A model generated the notes under the pieces. The model worked only from the letters and a program-made list of their open reading frames with translations, was not told the origin of the DNA and did no database searches. Below are positions 27,311 to 37,484 of a DNA stretch of 64,000 nt, one piece after another (the first letter of the stretch is position 1; every line of letters begins with the position of its first letter). The position numbers were made by a program, and so were the translations under genes. The DNA is from an uncultured virus (IMG/VR IMGVR_UViG_3300001460_000017). Its lineage: Duplodnaviria > Heunggongvirae > Uroviricota > Caudoviricetes. Location: IMG/VR virus record IMGVR_UViG_3300001460_000017; one strand, 5' to 3'.

Positions 27311-28570
27311 ATGAACACAGACACTTTAGAAATAGAAAAAAAAGAATTAAGTCCAGAACAGTTAAAAACCCTTAGAGCAGAAGTTATTGATAAAATTGTG
27401 GTTGCTAGAGTTGGATTATTATTAAGACATCCTTTCTTTGGTAATATGGCTACAAGATTACAAATTAAAGAATGTGATGAATGGTGTCCTACTGCCGCAA
27501 CTGATGGCAGAAACTTATTTTTTAACACAGAGTTTTTCAGCAAGATGACATCTAAAGAAATTGAATTCGTTATAGCACACGAAATACTTCATTGTGTGTT
27601 TGATCATATGACAAGAAGAGAAGACAGAGATCCACAACTTCATAATATTGCTTGTGATTACATTGTGAACAATACTTTGGTTAGAGACAACATCGGAGAG
27701 AAGCCAAAAGCAGTACAAATATTTCAAGATTGGAAATACGATGGTTGGGCAAGTGAAGCCGTGTATGATGATATCTACAAAAAAGGTAAAGAACAAATGG
27801 AACAGTTAGGCAAACTGTTAGACGAACACATTGATTGGGAAAAAGGTGAAAGCACAGGTGGTGGTGGACAAGATGACAAGGACAATAAGGATAAGAAGAA
27901 AGGTCCTACATATTCAAAAGAAGAATTAGAACAGATTAAAAATGAAATTAAGGAAAGCATGATGTCGGCGGCACAGGCGGCAGGTGCTGGTAATTTACCT
28001 CAAGAGATTGAAAGAATTATTAAAGAGTTCACAGAGCCTAAAATGAACTGGAGAGAATTATTACAACAACAAATTCAAAGTGTAATTAAAAATGATTACA
28101 CATTCGCAAGACCTAGTAGAAAAGGTTGGCATTCAGGAGTAATACTTCCAGGAACAAATTACGATGACACAATAGATATTTGTATTGCAATTGATACATC
28201 AGGATCTATTATGAATCAACAGGTTGAAGATTTCTTAGGTGAAGTACAGAGTATTATGGATCAATACAAAGATTACAATATTAAAATATGGTGTTTCGAC
28301 ACTGATGTACACAATGAACAAGACTACAACGCATCTGGTGAGTCGTTAGATTCGTACAAGATTGCTGGTGGTGGTGGTACAGATTTTCAGGCTAATTGGG
28401 AATACATGAAAGAAAACGACATTGTTCCTAAAAAATTCATAATGTTTACAGATGGATATACATGGGATGGTTGGGGTGAAGATGATTATTGCGATACTGT
28501 ATTTGTTATAAATGGTCACCACGATAAGAACATGGAAGCACCTTTTGGTACTACTGTTCATTATGAATAA
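27311..28570 (+). CDS. metallopeptidase-like plus VWA domain protein (MoxR partner)
   Basis: TAATDG, AHEILH (HExxH), IDTSGS MIDAS, GGGGTDF, FTDG. Confidence 0.85.
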   Translation: MNTDTLEIEKKELSPEQLKTLRAEVIDKIVVARVGLLLRHPFFGNMATRLQIKECDEWCPTAATDGRNLFFNTEFFSKMTSKEIEFVIAHEILHCVFDHMTRREDRDPQLHNIACDYIVNNTLVRDNIGEKPKAVQIFQDWKYDGWASEAVYDDIYKKGKEQMEQLGKLLDEHIDWEKGESTGGGGQDDKDNKDKKKGPTYSKEELEQIKNEIKESMMSAAQAAGAGNLPQEIERIIKEFTEPKMNWRELLQQQIQSVIKNDYTFARPSRKGWHSGVILPGTNYDDTIDICIAIDTSGSIMNQQVEDFLGEVQSIMDQYKDYNIKIWCFDTDVHNEQDYNASGESLDSYKIAGGGGTDFQANWEYMKENDIVPKKFIMFTDGYTWDGWGEDDYCDTVFVINGHHDKNMEAPFGTTVHYE

Positions 28571-28857
28571 TGTTTTCAAAAACTAATCAAATAAACCCGT
28601 TAAATTATTTCAACTGTAGACAGTTTACCAAAAAACCCAGAGGTTTAGAATACCTAAAATTAAATTTCGATTGGAATGATAACCAAGAACTTTTAGAAAA
28701 ATGGATTTTAGAAAATTTAAAAGGAAGATTTTATATTGGTAAACATTTAGATGTAGATGTAAACGGAAAAATATCAAACCAAATTTTGGTAGGCTTCGAA
28801 AATCCAAAAGAACTTTCAATATTCAATCTTAGTTGCCCATTCATTAAACGTTATTAA
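28570..28857 (+). CDS. hypothetical protein
   Basis: 95 aa, TAATG coupling. Confidence 0.6.
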   Translation: MFSKTNQINPLNYFNCRQFTKKPRGLEYLKLNFDWNDNQELLEKWILENLKGRFYIGKHLDVDVNGKISNQILVGFENPKELSIFNLSCPFIKRY

Positions 28858-28893
28858 ATACTTCTGTATACAAAAACAAAGGAGCATTTTAAA

Positions 28894-29199
28894 ATGACAG
28901 ATACAAACCAAACAAAAACTGCCACAACTCCGACTCAAGAACAAGTAGTTGGAAAAGATGTAGCAGGTGCGGCACCAAAAGTTCAAGCAGGTGCTGGAGC
29001 AGAACTTACTGTTCAAGACTTAAACGTCCTTAAACAAATTATCGATGTTGCAAGTCAAAGAGGAGCATTCAAAGCCAACGAAATGGCAATGGTAGGTGCA
29101 ACTTATAATAAACTAGAAGCATTTTTAAAGATTGTTGAACAGTCTCAAAAAGATGCCAATAAAACACCAGAAGGTGATAAACCAGCGGAGGCAAAATAA
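28894..29199 (+). CDS. hypothetical protein
   Basis: 101 aa, AGGAG SD, TTAAATA at 28854-28860. Confidence 0.7.
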   Translation: MTDTNQTKTATTPTQEQVVGKDVAGAAPKVQAGAGAELTVQDLNVLKQIIDVASQRGAFKANEMAMVGATYNKLEAFLKIVEQSQKDANKTPEGDKPAEAK

Positions 29200-29774
29200 T
29201 GGCCGATATAAAACACGTAGGAAGACTAAAAGGAACTAACAAAAAAGTTGTTGTTGCTTATAGAACAATTCCAGGTGACTCAAAATCAGCAGTTGTAATT
29301 GAAACAGCGAAACTAGATCCATTGGATCATGACGCTTTAATTAAAGTTGTTGAAAGCAATGAAGGTCAAACTTCATTTGAACTGTTTGAAGTTTTACAAA
29401 GAAACATGACTCCTGACAGTCAAGTTATGTTAACTAAATTTCACACAGGTGGATACATGAAAAAGGTATCAACTGATACAGTTGAAATGACACCAAACAC
29501 AACTGACTCTGTTCAATTAGATGAATTAAACAAAATCATCGCTGGACAAAGAGGTGTGTCAATTGAAGATTTAGCAGTGACGCCATCAAATACGGCGGCT
29601 CCTGTTAAAGTTGCACAAAGTCAGATGTCATCAGCAAGTAAAGAGCAACCTTTAACAGATGAGAAATTAGCGTCTAACTTAAGAAGTGATGCTGATCGTT
29701 TGTACAAAGAGGCGGCAAGATTACGTGCTGAAGCAGAAGAACTTGCACCAACTACAAAGAAAAAGTCTAAGTAA
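29199..29774 (+). CDS. hypothetical protein
   Basis: 191 aa, coiled-coil-like C-terminus. Confidence 0.7.
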   Translation: MADIKHVGRLKGTNKKVVVAYRTIPGDSKSAVVIETAKLDPLDHDALIKVVESNEGQTSFELFEVLQRNMTPDSQVMLTKFHTGGYMKKVSTDTVEMTPNTTDSVQLDELNKIIAGQRGVSIEDLAVTPSNTAAPVKVAQSQMSSASKEQPLTDEKLASNLRSDADRLYKEAARLRAEAEELAPTTKKKSK

Positions 29775-29780
29775 AGCATA

Positions 29781-30110
29781 GTGTCTGGCGTGGTCAAATT
29801 CCGTAAAAAACAATTGCCTAAGGAAGTAGTGGCTCACTGGCCCGAAGTATTTTCGGACCTACATATTGAGTCAATACCAATTGAATATTTGCTGTCTATT
29901 AAAGTAGAATTTAGAGATGGCAAGAATTGGGAAATACGTGTTAAAAAGAACCGTCAGAAGTTGACTAACAAAGAGTTAGAGAAGAATATTAAAGAATTGT
30001 TTCAACACTATGGAAACGACATCAAAAACGTTGATTTTAGGATAGATACTAACAAGGTTAAAGCAGATATTACAAAACGTACTAAAACCTTCCTAAAAAA
30101 GCGGAAATAG
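29781..30110 (+). CDS. hypothetical protein
   Basis: 109 aa, GTG start. Confidence 0.6.
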   Translation: MSGVVKFRKKQLPKEVVAHWPEVFSDLHIESIPIEYLLSIKVEFRDGKNWEIRVKKNRQKLTNKELEKNIKELFQHYGNDIKNVDFRIDTNKVKADITKRTKTFLKKRK

Positions 30111-30173
30111 TAACTCCAGCAATCTTCAAAGCGGAATAAATACACTATAATATACGTTAGGAGCATATTACAA

Positions 30174-31274
30174 ATGGCATTACAAATTAGACGTGGAACA
30201 GACGCAGAGAGAGGTGGCATAACACCTTTAGCAGGTGAATTAGTATTCACTACAGATACAAAAAAATTATTCGTAGGAGACGGTTCTACAGTAGGTGGTG
30301 TACAAGTAGACACAACACTAGCGGCACAATATCTTGCAGTCAACAGCAATATTACACCAGATGCATCTAACACAAGAGATATTGGAACAAGCAGTGCTAA
30401 TTGGAGAACAGGTTTTTTCCAAACTGTAGATGCTTCACACATAGACGCAGTATCAATCAATGGTAACATTGTAAGTGGAGATTCCACAGTAATTGTTAAT
30501 GTAGGTGCAGGCACAGTAACAGCGGACCTAACAGGTAATGTTACAGGAAATGTAGCAGGTGCTTTAACAGGTAATTCAACAGGTACTCACAAAGGTACTG
30601 TAAATGCTGACGATGCCTCATTAAGAATAGATGGTGCTTCAGACAGAATTACAAACAGTGTTTTAGATTTTGATGGCAGTGTTATTAATCTTTTATCAGG
30701 TAACGGAATTCAAATAGGTACAAACAGTTCAGTGGCAGGTGTTGGTTTAGAAATTTTCAACACAGATCACACAGCCAGAAATGCATTAAGACTTTATTCA
30801 GATGCAGGTAATGCCAACACATTCAACTCAATAGAATCATACGCATCTAGAGGTTCAATTGTAACTCCAACTGTAAGTGTAGCAGACGATTCATTATTTG
30901 GTTACATAAATTATGGTCACGATGGATCAAACTATGTACAGTCTAGTTTTATTGTAGCAGGTGTTGATTCACAGGCAACTGTAGGTGCTGGCGCAGTACC
31001 AGGAAACATTGTGATGGGTACAACTCCAGATGGTGGTACAACAAACAATACAGTTGTAATAAACAAAGATGGTAATTTGGGTATTAACATATTAACTCCA
31101 ACAGAAAAATTAGATGTGGTTGGTAACGTTAAAACATCAGGCTTTGTACAATTTGGTTCATTAACAACTGTCCAAAGAGATGCTCTTACTCCAGCAAACG
31201 GTATGGTTGTATACAACTCAACAGATAATAAATTCCAAGGTTACGAAGCAGGCGGTTGGGCTAACCTAATATAA
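30174..31274 (+). CDS. tail fibre-like virion protein with Mtd_N-like N-terminus
   Basis: MALQIRRGT...GELVFTTDTKKLFVGDG; GNVTGN repeats; ATAAATA at 30136-30142. Confidence 0.75.
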   Translation: MALQIRRGTDAERGGITPLAGELVFTTDTKKLFVGDGSTVGGVQVDTTLAAQYLAVNSNITPDASNTRDIGTSSANWRTGFFQTVDASHIDAVSINGNIVSGDSTVIVNVGAGTVTADLTGNVTGNVAGALTGNSTGTHKGTVNADDASLRIDGASDRITNSVLDFDGSVINLLSGNGIQIGTNSSVAGVGLEIFNTDHTARNALRLYSDAGNANTFNSIESYASRGSIVTPTVSVADDSLFGYINYGHDGSNYVQSSFIVAGVDSQATVGAGAVPGNIVMGTTPDGGTTNNTVVINKDGNLGINILTPTEKLDVVGNVKTSGFVQFGSLTTVQRDALTPANGMVVYNSTDNKFQGYEAGGWANLI

Positions 31275-31278
31275 TCCA

Positions 31279-31869
31279 ATGATAGTCCGAATTACAGGAC
31301 ACACAAAAGGCATAGGCAAGTGTTTACATGATGACCTAGTTGCGGAAGGACATGACGTTGTAGGTTATTCAAGAAGCAATGGCTTTGATATCAGCACTCC
31401 AAAATCTAGACAACTTATTATAGAAGAATCCAAACAAGCAGATGTATTCATTAATTGTGCTTGGCCCGATGGTGATTTGCCAATGACAGAACCCGAACAG
31501 TTTGATGGACAAACTGAAATGCTTAAAGCAATGATTCAACTCTGGGAAGGCAATAAAGATAAAAAAATTTTAAACCTAAGTTCTAAATCCTGCTATAACG
31601 ATTCCGACACAAACGACTTCATGGAAAAATATGGCAATGCCAAAAAAGAACAAAATAAAATTGTGGAAAATCGTATCAATGTGTATGGTCCGCATATTCT
31701 TAATGTTATATTAGGATGTACAGATACACAAATCAGCGAGTACATGGAAGGCAATAAAATCGATCCCAATGAACTTTCCAAGTGGATTATTAAAATGTTA
31801 CTGTGTGAAACAATGTATTTTCAAAGTGTAACAATAGATGCTACACAATTAAATTATAAACCTAAATAG
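31279..31869 (+). CDS. short-chain dehydrogenase/reductase
   Basis: ITGHTKGIG, FINCA, YGNAK (YxxxK). Confidence 0.8.
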   Translation: MIVRITGHTKGIGKCLHDDLVAEGHDVVGYSRSNGFDISTPKSRQLIIEESKQADVFINCAWPDGDLPMTEPEQFDGQTEMLKAMIQLWEGNKDKKILNLSSKSCYNDSDTNDFMEKYGNAKKEQNKIVENRINVYGPHILNVILGCTDTQISEYMEGNKIDPNELSKWIIKMLLCETMYFQSVTIDATQLNYKPK

Positions 31870-33004
31870 ATTTTTTCTGTTTTACTTCTGCTTCGTCCCA
31901 ACTTTTCCAAGTCCATTCTGTAACAGCATAATCAACTTGCTCAGGCTGAAACAAATATTGGTTTGGTACAGTGTCGTGTAAATTATAACCTTCATTTACC
32001 ACAGCATCTCTCAACATAATTTGATGTAGAAAATTAGTAACAGGTTTTCCTGGTACAAAATCACACCAAGGACCACACTGTAATTGTTCCATGTCTATAG
32101 TTTTAGGATCACTCCATTGTATTATTCTATGAGTTATTCCATTTATTTTTACCATATAGTGATAAAGATTATCATCTGCTGGTTCTTTTTCCCAAGTCCA
32201 CCCTTTACGATCACAAATATCTTTTATTAATTGCACATGGTCACTTAAAAAGAACTGAGGTTCATCAGGTGATCTTCCTATATCAGAGCCTGCTCTAATT
32301 CTATACTGCCATGCTTTGTTGCCTAATGACTGTATTTCTTCTAACACTTCTTCCATGTGTTCTAAATTTTCTAATGTATATCCTACATAATAAACAAAGA
32401 TGCCTTCAGCAATACAATTTTCAATTCCTTTTAATTGTTTTTCGTGTACTTTTTTACCTTGATAAGAGTGGTGATTCATTCCAATCATAACCATTCTAGT
32501 GCCTGCTTCAGCAATTTCTTTTACCCATTTTTTGTCAGATAATTTTACGCCATTTGTCAATACACATACATCTTCAGGTCTATTCAATTTTTTCAATAGT
32601 ACTTTGATTTGTTTTATAAGTTCTGGCAAGTCTTTACGCACAGTAGGTTCAGCACCTGCTAATATCACAGCACCTGCATCTGCTGAAAATCTATTTTCTA
32701 TTTGCCATAGTATTTGTTCTATTGGTTTATCTGTGGTTTTGTTGTCTGGTTTATGATAGCAGTGCGGACAATTTAAATTACATTTGTCTGTGACTTCCAC
32801 CATAATGCCTTGTGGAATAGAATATCCTGATTTATCATATGTTAAATTATTATAAAATTCTTTGTTGGTTTCTACAAGATAATCACTTACACCATGTTCA
32901 GGACAAGTTTTTATAAGATGTATACCATCTTCTTTAGTAACTCTTTCTGCTTCGCAGTGTCTATAACATATATGACATAGACTGATTGTTTTTGTATCTT
33001 GCAT
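31862..33004 (-). CDS. radical SAM protein with N-terminal metal-binding ribbon (MJ0619/Tes-like architecture)
   Basis: SLCHIC...KTCPEHG; CNLNCPHC; AGAEPT; TNG. Confidence 0.8.
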   Translation of the reverse strand: MQDTKTISLCHICYRHCEAERVTKEDGIHLIKTCPEHGVSDYLVETNKEFYNNLTYDKSGYSIPQGIMVEVTDKCNLNCPHCYHKPDNKTTDKPIEQILWQIENRFSADAGAVILAGAEPTVRKDLPELIKQIKVLLKKLNRPEDVCVLTNGVKLSDKKWVKEIAEAGTRMVMIGMNHHSYQGKKVHEKQLKGIENCIAEGIFVYYVGYTLENLEHMEEVLEEIQSLGNKAWQYRIRAGSDIGRSPDEPQFFLSDHVQLIKDICDRKGWTWEKEPADDNLYHYMVKINGITHRIIQWSDPKTIDMEQLQCGPWCDFVPGKPVTNFLHQIMLRDAVVNEGYNLHDTVPNQYLFQPEQVDYAVTEWTWKSWDEAEVKQKKSI

Positions 33005-33008
33005 AGTA

Positions 33009-33695
33009 TTACTTATAGATAGAAATTGCTTTGTTTATAAATGATTCCGGATACACATTTCTGAAACTTTCTAAACACAATACTTGAAGTTTATCGAATG
33101 AATATGTTTTATTTTCTTGAATATCCAGTTCTTTCATTTTTGGCAACAACGATGCTTGTCTTTCTTTGGATATATGACTCATATGTTCTTTTACTGTGAT
33201 TGCTGACTCTGTTTGATTGTATGCAAAGAAGTAATTGACATTTTTTAATTTTCCATCAATTATAAAATAACTGCTAGGATGAAGACTGTATTTGTAAATG
33301 CCTAGTTTTTTGTGTGTTTCCATTATATACAGCATTTGTTCTTGCCAATCGGGTAATACATCTTCATACGTTTTTCCATGACTTTGTTCCCAAAAATCAA
33401 CACCCTGTATTTCAAAATATATTTTTTGTTCGTCGGAATCAATTTTTGTCAGTCTTGGTATTAAGTTTTTATAATCAACATCTAATGTTAGTAAAAAATC
33501 TTTTTCTCTTATGTATTTCATTTCCATTAATTTAGGATCAACAACTTCATTGTGACCTTTATGATATTCAGAATCATTATGAAACCACATACAAAATTCC
33601 GTAGCATCTTCGTTTATCAAACTAGTATAGATTAAATTGTTTCTACACAAACCCTTGCCAGGCACATTGTTGTAATAATATTTAAAATTATCCAT
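33009..33695 (-). CDS. kinase-like fold protein with degenerate catalytic motifs
   Basis: RE...LIPRL...IYKYSLHPSSY..NYF; apparent paralog of 38574-39200. Confidence 0.45.
   Translation of the reverse strand: MDNFKYYYNNVPGKGLCRNNLIYTSLINEDATEFCMWFHNDSEYHKGHNEVVDPKLMEMKYIREKDFLLTLDVDYKNLIPRLTKIDSDEQKIYFEIQGVDFWEQSHGKTYEDVLPDWQEQMLYIMETHKKLGIYKYSLHPSSYFIIDGKLKNVNYFFAYNQTESAITVKEHMSHISKERQASLLPKMKELDIQENKTYSFDKLQVLCLESFRNVYPESFINKAISIYK
33010..33016 (-). promoter_or_regulatory. late-promoter-like motif ATAAGTA
   Basis: 5 nt upstream of the radical SAM ATG at 33004. Confidence 0.45.
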
Positions 33696-34260
33696 AAGTG
33701 GGCCAAGCCTTTACTTGTTGTAGTTGTTTGAAATATACATCAGCATTCACACGCCATACTGTTTGTTGTGTGCCTCTATAATTTAACTCTTTAACTTTGG
33801 TATAAACACCTGTGCTTTCTAAAGTTGGAGCAACAATTGAATGCACTAGACGTTGTGTGCCTTCTGCATTTTCATTTGTTGTTACATAATAGTTTTTATT
33901 AAAGCCTGCCCACATTATTCCTGCTGGTTGAAAAAATTGTTGGGTAGTTGTTTGATGAGTTTTTATAGTTTCACGAGTACGAACCATTTGATATTCTTTA
34001 GGCAATTCATTTGTAAATGTACATATGCGACAAGCAATACGATAACTGTCAGGACCCATTTCCGGAAACGAATGTGCCGCAGTGGATCCGATCACCTTGC
34101 CATTCCACAACAACATCCAAACCTGATATCTATCTTCTTTAGATAACGAATCTACCAACATTTTTTTGGTTGAATTGTTGACAAATCCTTTTTGGTCGGC
34201 TGTATTATAAAACGTTTCAAGATTTAACTTGTCTGAATATGGTACCAATTTAAAAGCCAT
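33688..34260 (-). CDS. hypothetical protein, possibly GNAT-like
   Basis: 190 aa; WNGKVIGSTAAH...YRIACR pattern; function weakly supported. Confidence 0.45.
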   Translation of the reverse strand: MAFKLVPYSDKLNLETFYNTADQKGFVNNSTKKMLVDSLSKEDRYQVWMLLWNGKVIGSTAAHSFPEMGPDSYRIACRICTFTNELPKEYQMVRTRETIKTHQTTTQQFFQPAGIMWAGFNKNYYVTTNENAEGTQRLVHSIVAPTLESTGVYTKVKELNYRGTQQTVWRVNADVYFKQLQQVKAWPTYG

Positions 34261-34278
34261 AATAAAATATCTATACTG

Positions 34279-34294
34279 TATTTAAAAGTAAATA
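34279..34294. promoter_or_regulatory. divergent pair of late-promoter-like motifs
   Basis: TTAAATA on - (34279-34285) and GTAAATA on + (34288-34294) in a short gap between divergent genes. Confidence 0.55.
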
Positions 34295-34299
34295 CTTTG

Positions 34300-35106
34300 A
34301 TGATTAGAGGAATTGGCGGTCGTCCATATATCAATTTAGACGAACACATAGACATAGAAGGTTTTCAACAACTGCATACAGAAATGTGTAGAGGTTTTGC
34401 TCTTGCTCGTGAATATGCCAAAGAAGGTACATGGATGTCTCCTGGTTTTGATACTAAAGACATGAGTTATACTTTGAATTGGAAACCAATTTATCAAGCA
34501 CTAGAAGAATACAAAGCACTGCCAGAAGATCATCCAATTAGAAAAAATGGCGACGATTTGTATTCTAATATAAAAGATTACAAAACAAGAAATCAATTTA
34601 CAAGATATTTAAAAGCAGTGTTAGGTGCCAATGATCCTTACATATATTATTTTTTATGGGAAGAAGGAGATTGGGATCACAGGAACACAGAAAGACATAT
34701 TACAGAAGAAGCAAAATATTTTCCTGGTGTAGTGGCTTGGATTAAAGAATTAGTGAACACTGGTGTAATAGAAAGTATCGGTAGAGTGATATTTTTTCAT
34801 TGTGAACACGATGGCAAGCCATTTGAACATAGAGATCTAGATGGTAAACACGGCGACAGTCAAGGATACACTGATCACCGTAATGAATTCATACACATTA
34901 GATACAGCACAAAAAGAGGATTCTATATATGGGATCCTGAAGCAAAAAATAAAACTTACATCAATGCCAATGCGGCATTTTGGAACGATCAAGATTGGCA
35001 TGGTGGTGATGTCAGCAACGAACAAGAATACGGCTTACGGATTGACTGTGTGTTTACAGATAAATTCAGAAAGCAGTTGGGCATAGACCATTTATCCAAC
35101 TATTAA
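34300..35106 (+). CDS. 2OG-Fe(II) oxygenase-like protein
   Basis: FEHRD...WHGG...LRID facial-triad pattern. Confidence 0.65.
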   Translation: MIRGIGGRPYINLDEHIDIEGFQQLHTEMCRGFALAREYAKEGTWMSPGFDTKDMSYTLNWKPIYQALEEYKALPEDHPIRKNGDDLYSNIKDYKTRNQFTRYLKAVLGANDPYIYYFLWEEGDWDHRNTERHITEEAKYFPGVVAWIKELVNTGVIESIGRVIFFHCEHDGKPFEHRDLDGKHGDSQGYTDHRNEFIHIRYSTKRGFYIWDPEAKNKTYINANAAFWNDQDWHGGDVSNEQEYGLRIDCVFTDKFRKQLGIDHLSNY

Positions 35107-35107
35107 A

Positions 35108-35719
35108 ATGTATCATCGATATGTAAAAATACCAGTTGACCACAGAAAGCCTAGTTGCTTTTCACATCAACCCTCGCAGTCAGAAGTTATATTTGTTCCT
35201 AAAACAGATATTGATCAAGCAGTTATCAACTGGATTGAATCCTTTGATGTAGTTGTATCCAATGTAACTGAAGGTATCTATACACCTCCTAACAAAGGAA
35301 AGGTACACATACACAACGATACAAGTACAATAACCAATGCAACAAAAATTAATTTTACATGGGGTCCTGATACCAGCACTACAAGGTGGTGGCGTGTAAA
35401 AGATGAATCATTGTGTAAAACAGACATCACTGACAGTTCACACATAACAGAAATAGTAAATCCAGACATTGTGGATCACTTTGATGAAAACAATCAGCAT
35501 CGTGAATTAATTTGTGAAAGTGAACAGGATTGTGATATGATGCATGAAAAGGTTATTAATCAGCCCAGTTTGATAAACGTTGGTCAACTGCATTCTACAT
35601 ATAATCCAGATCCCACACATGGACGTTGGTCATTGTGCTATTTTTTACTTAATAAAGATTATACCCATTTACAGTTTGAAAAAGCATTAAATATATTCAA
35701 GGAAGTCACATATGAATAA
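35108..35719 (+). CDS. 2OG-Fe(II) oxygenase-like protein
   Basis: HIHND...LHSTYN...RWSL; tandem paralog of next gene. Confidence 0.7.
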   Translation: MYHRYVKIPVDHRKPSCFSHQPSQSEVIFVPKTDIDQAVINWIESFDVVVSNVTEGIYTPPNKGKVHIHNDTSTITNATKINFTWGPDTSTTRWWRVKDESLCKTDITDSSHITEIVNPDIVDHFDENNQHRELICESEQDCDMMHEKVINQPSLINVGQLHSTYNPDPTHGRWSLCYFLLNKDYTHLQFEKALNIFKEVTYE

Positions 35720-36347
35720 AAACATATATCACCGTTATGTAAAATTGCCGTTTGAGCATAAGTTTCCAGATTGTTTTAAAGCAAAGCCTGAAAATATGCG
35801 TGGCGAAAATTGGCATGAATGGTGTGCTACAAGAGAACATTGGGATGAAAGGTTTGTGGATTGGCTAAAAGAATATGGCTTAAAACCTTCAAATGTTTGT
35901 GAAGCATTTTACAATGGACCTAATGGCGGTGGTTTACCTATGCACAATGACGCTCCCACTTTAAATAATTCATCAAACATAAATTTTACTTGGGGACCTC
36001 AAGACAGCATAGTAAGATGGTACAAAGTAAAAGATGAATCTTTAATTCAAACAGAAAGAGATAATACAGATTATCACAAAGAAGTTTATTTTAAAGATGT
36101 AGATATCGACATTCCAGTAGATAAATTTTATCATGCAGAAGTTGAAGACTGTGATGTTGTGCATGAAGCAGTTATCAGTCAACCTAGTTTACTCAATGTT
36201 GGGCAACTGCATTCAACACATAATTTTAATACAAACGAACCACGTTGGACTTTAAGTTATCATTTGCTAACAATTAAGGATAACACACACATACAATTTG
36301 AAGATGCACTAGACTTGTTCAAAGATCTAGCATACGAAAGTAATTAA
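35712..36347 (+). CDS. 2OG-Fe(II) oxygenase-like protein
   Basis: PMHND...LHSTHN...RWTL. Confidence 0.7.
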   Translation: MNKNIYHRYVKLPFEHKFPDCFKAKPENMRGENWHEWCATREHWDERFVDWLKEYGLKPSNVCEAFYNGPNGGGLPMHNDAPTLNNSSNINFTWGPQDSIVRWYKVKDESLIQTERDNTDYHKEVYFKDVDIDIPVDKFYHAEVEDCDVVHEAVISQPSLLNVGQLHSTHNFNTNEPRWTLSYHLLTIKDNTHIQFEDALDLFKDLAYESN

Positions 36348-36353
36348 TATTTT

Positions 36354-36908
36354 TTAGGAACGTCTAACATCAAGTGTAGAAATATACATTGATTCATCAA
36401 TAACGTAATCAATTGTGCGTATAATATCTTGTGCAGTACAAGTGGGCTCTCCGCTTCGGTCACCAGTTTTCTCGCCATAGTTTAATACTCTAACAAGACT
36501 GAACTTTAATTGTTTTCCGAATGGAGTTTGATTTGCTAATGCGTTGTGTACAGCATCTATATGATGTTTGTCTTTTAGATATTGTTTGTCGATACCAACT
36601 TGATCTAATAATTTTTTAGGAACTTTTGTTGCTAGTGATCCTATTGTGATAACTTTACGCAAAGGTGCATCGTGTGTCCAACGTTGTTGTAACTTCATTA
36701 ATAATACGGACTGTGAAGCACCTACGTGTGCTATGTTTAAAAATACATCTCTAGCCAACACTTCACTGACTGTGTCATTAATACTGTCTGCGTTTGTAAA
36801 ATCATATCCTGTGGCTCTGCTAATACCTAAGCACTCGTGTGTTTTGGAATAATGTTCATGCACATCTTTTCCCATAGGAGATGTATGTCCTGTGATTGCT
36901 ATTCTCAT
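36354..36908 (-). CDS. short-chain dehydrogenase/reductase
   Basis: ITGHTSPMG, FLNIA, YLKDK; paralog of 31279-31869. Confidence 0.7.
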   Translation of the reverse strand: MRIAITGHTSPMGKDVHEHYSKTHECLGISRATGYDFTNADSINDTVSEVLARDVFLNIAHVGASQSVLLMKLQQRWTHDAPLRKVITIGSLATKVPKKLLDQVGIDKQYLKDKHHIDAVHNALANQTPFGKQLKFSLVRVLNYGEKTGDRSGEPTCTAQDIIRTIDYVIDESMYISTLDVRRS

Positions 36909-37483
36909 ATTACTGTAAACCTCACAATTTGTATAAATCTGCTATCCTCTTCTAGTCCTGAACCGTATTCTTCCAGTTCAAACATTATTGGATGCATTCC
37001 TCTGTAATAAAAATCTTTTTCAGCAAATATTCTTCTACCACCTTCTACCTTTTCATTTACTAATATTGCTTCACCATTCAGTTTGAAATGAAACATTTCA
37101 TCAAGTATGCCAAATTTTTCATTAAAACTTTTGTAATCATCGTTNTTGGTTGTGTTTAAGTTGTAACAAAATTGAAAGTTCCAAGTATCTTCTTCTTTGC
37201 GGTTCAATTTTATTTCAGCATTTAATTTAATACTTTCTTCATTGGCCCAAGTCTGTGTGTTGTCTAGTATTAATGTGTTGTTATCAAGTAGATCAATATC
37301 AACTGTACGTTTGATAAAACCGTTCTCGGCAGTTTCTTTGCTTGATTGTATGTCTTTAAAAATATTGTTGTTGTTCCAATACACATTCAATTCATCTTTT
37401 AAAAGACCTTCTGATACAAATTCATTTGCATCATAACTGGATCTCAATAATGGAAAGTAATCAAATACAAGTTTCTTTTTCAT
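36905..37483 (-). CDS. hypothetical protein
   Basis: Start re-called to ATG 37483; contains ambiguous base N at 37145. Confidence 0.6.
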   Translation of the reverse strand: MKKKLVFDYFPLLRSSYDANEFVSEGLLKDELNVYWNNNNIFKDIQSSKETAENGFIKRTVDIDLLDNNTLILDNTQTWANEESIKLNAEIKLNRKEEDTWNFQFCYNLNTTXNDDYKSFNEKFGILDEMFHFKLNGEAILVNEKVEGGRRIFAEKDFYYRGMHPIMFELEEYGSGLEEDSRFIQIVRFTVI

Positions 37484-37484
37484 T

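Noticed and set aside
30174..31274. Diversity-generating retroelement suggested by the Mtd_N-like domain
   Set aside because: No reverse transcriptase or template/variable repeat pair seen in the window
37145..37145. Ambiguous base N inside an ORF
   Set aside because: Assembly artefact; reading frame is maintained, so not called a pseudogene
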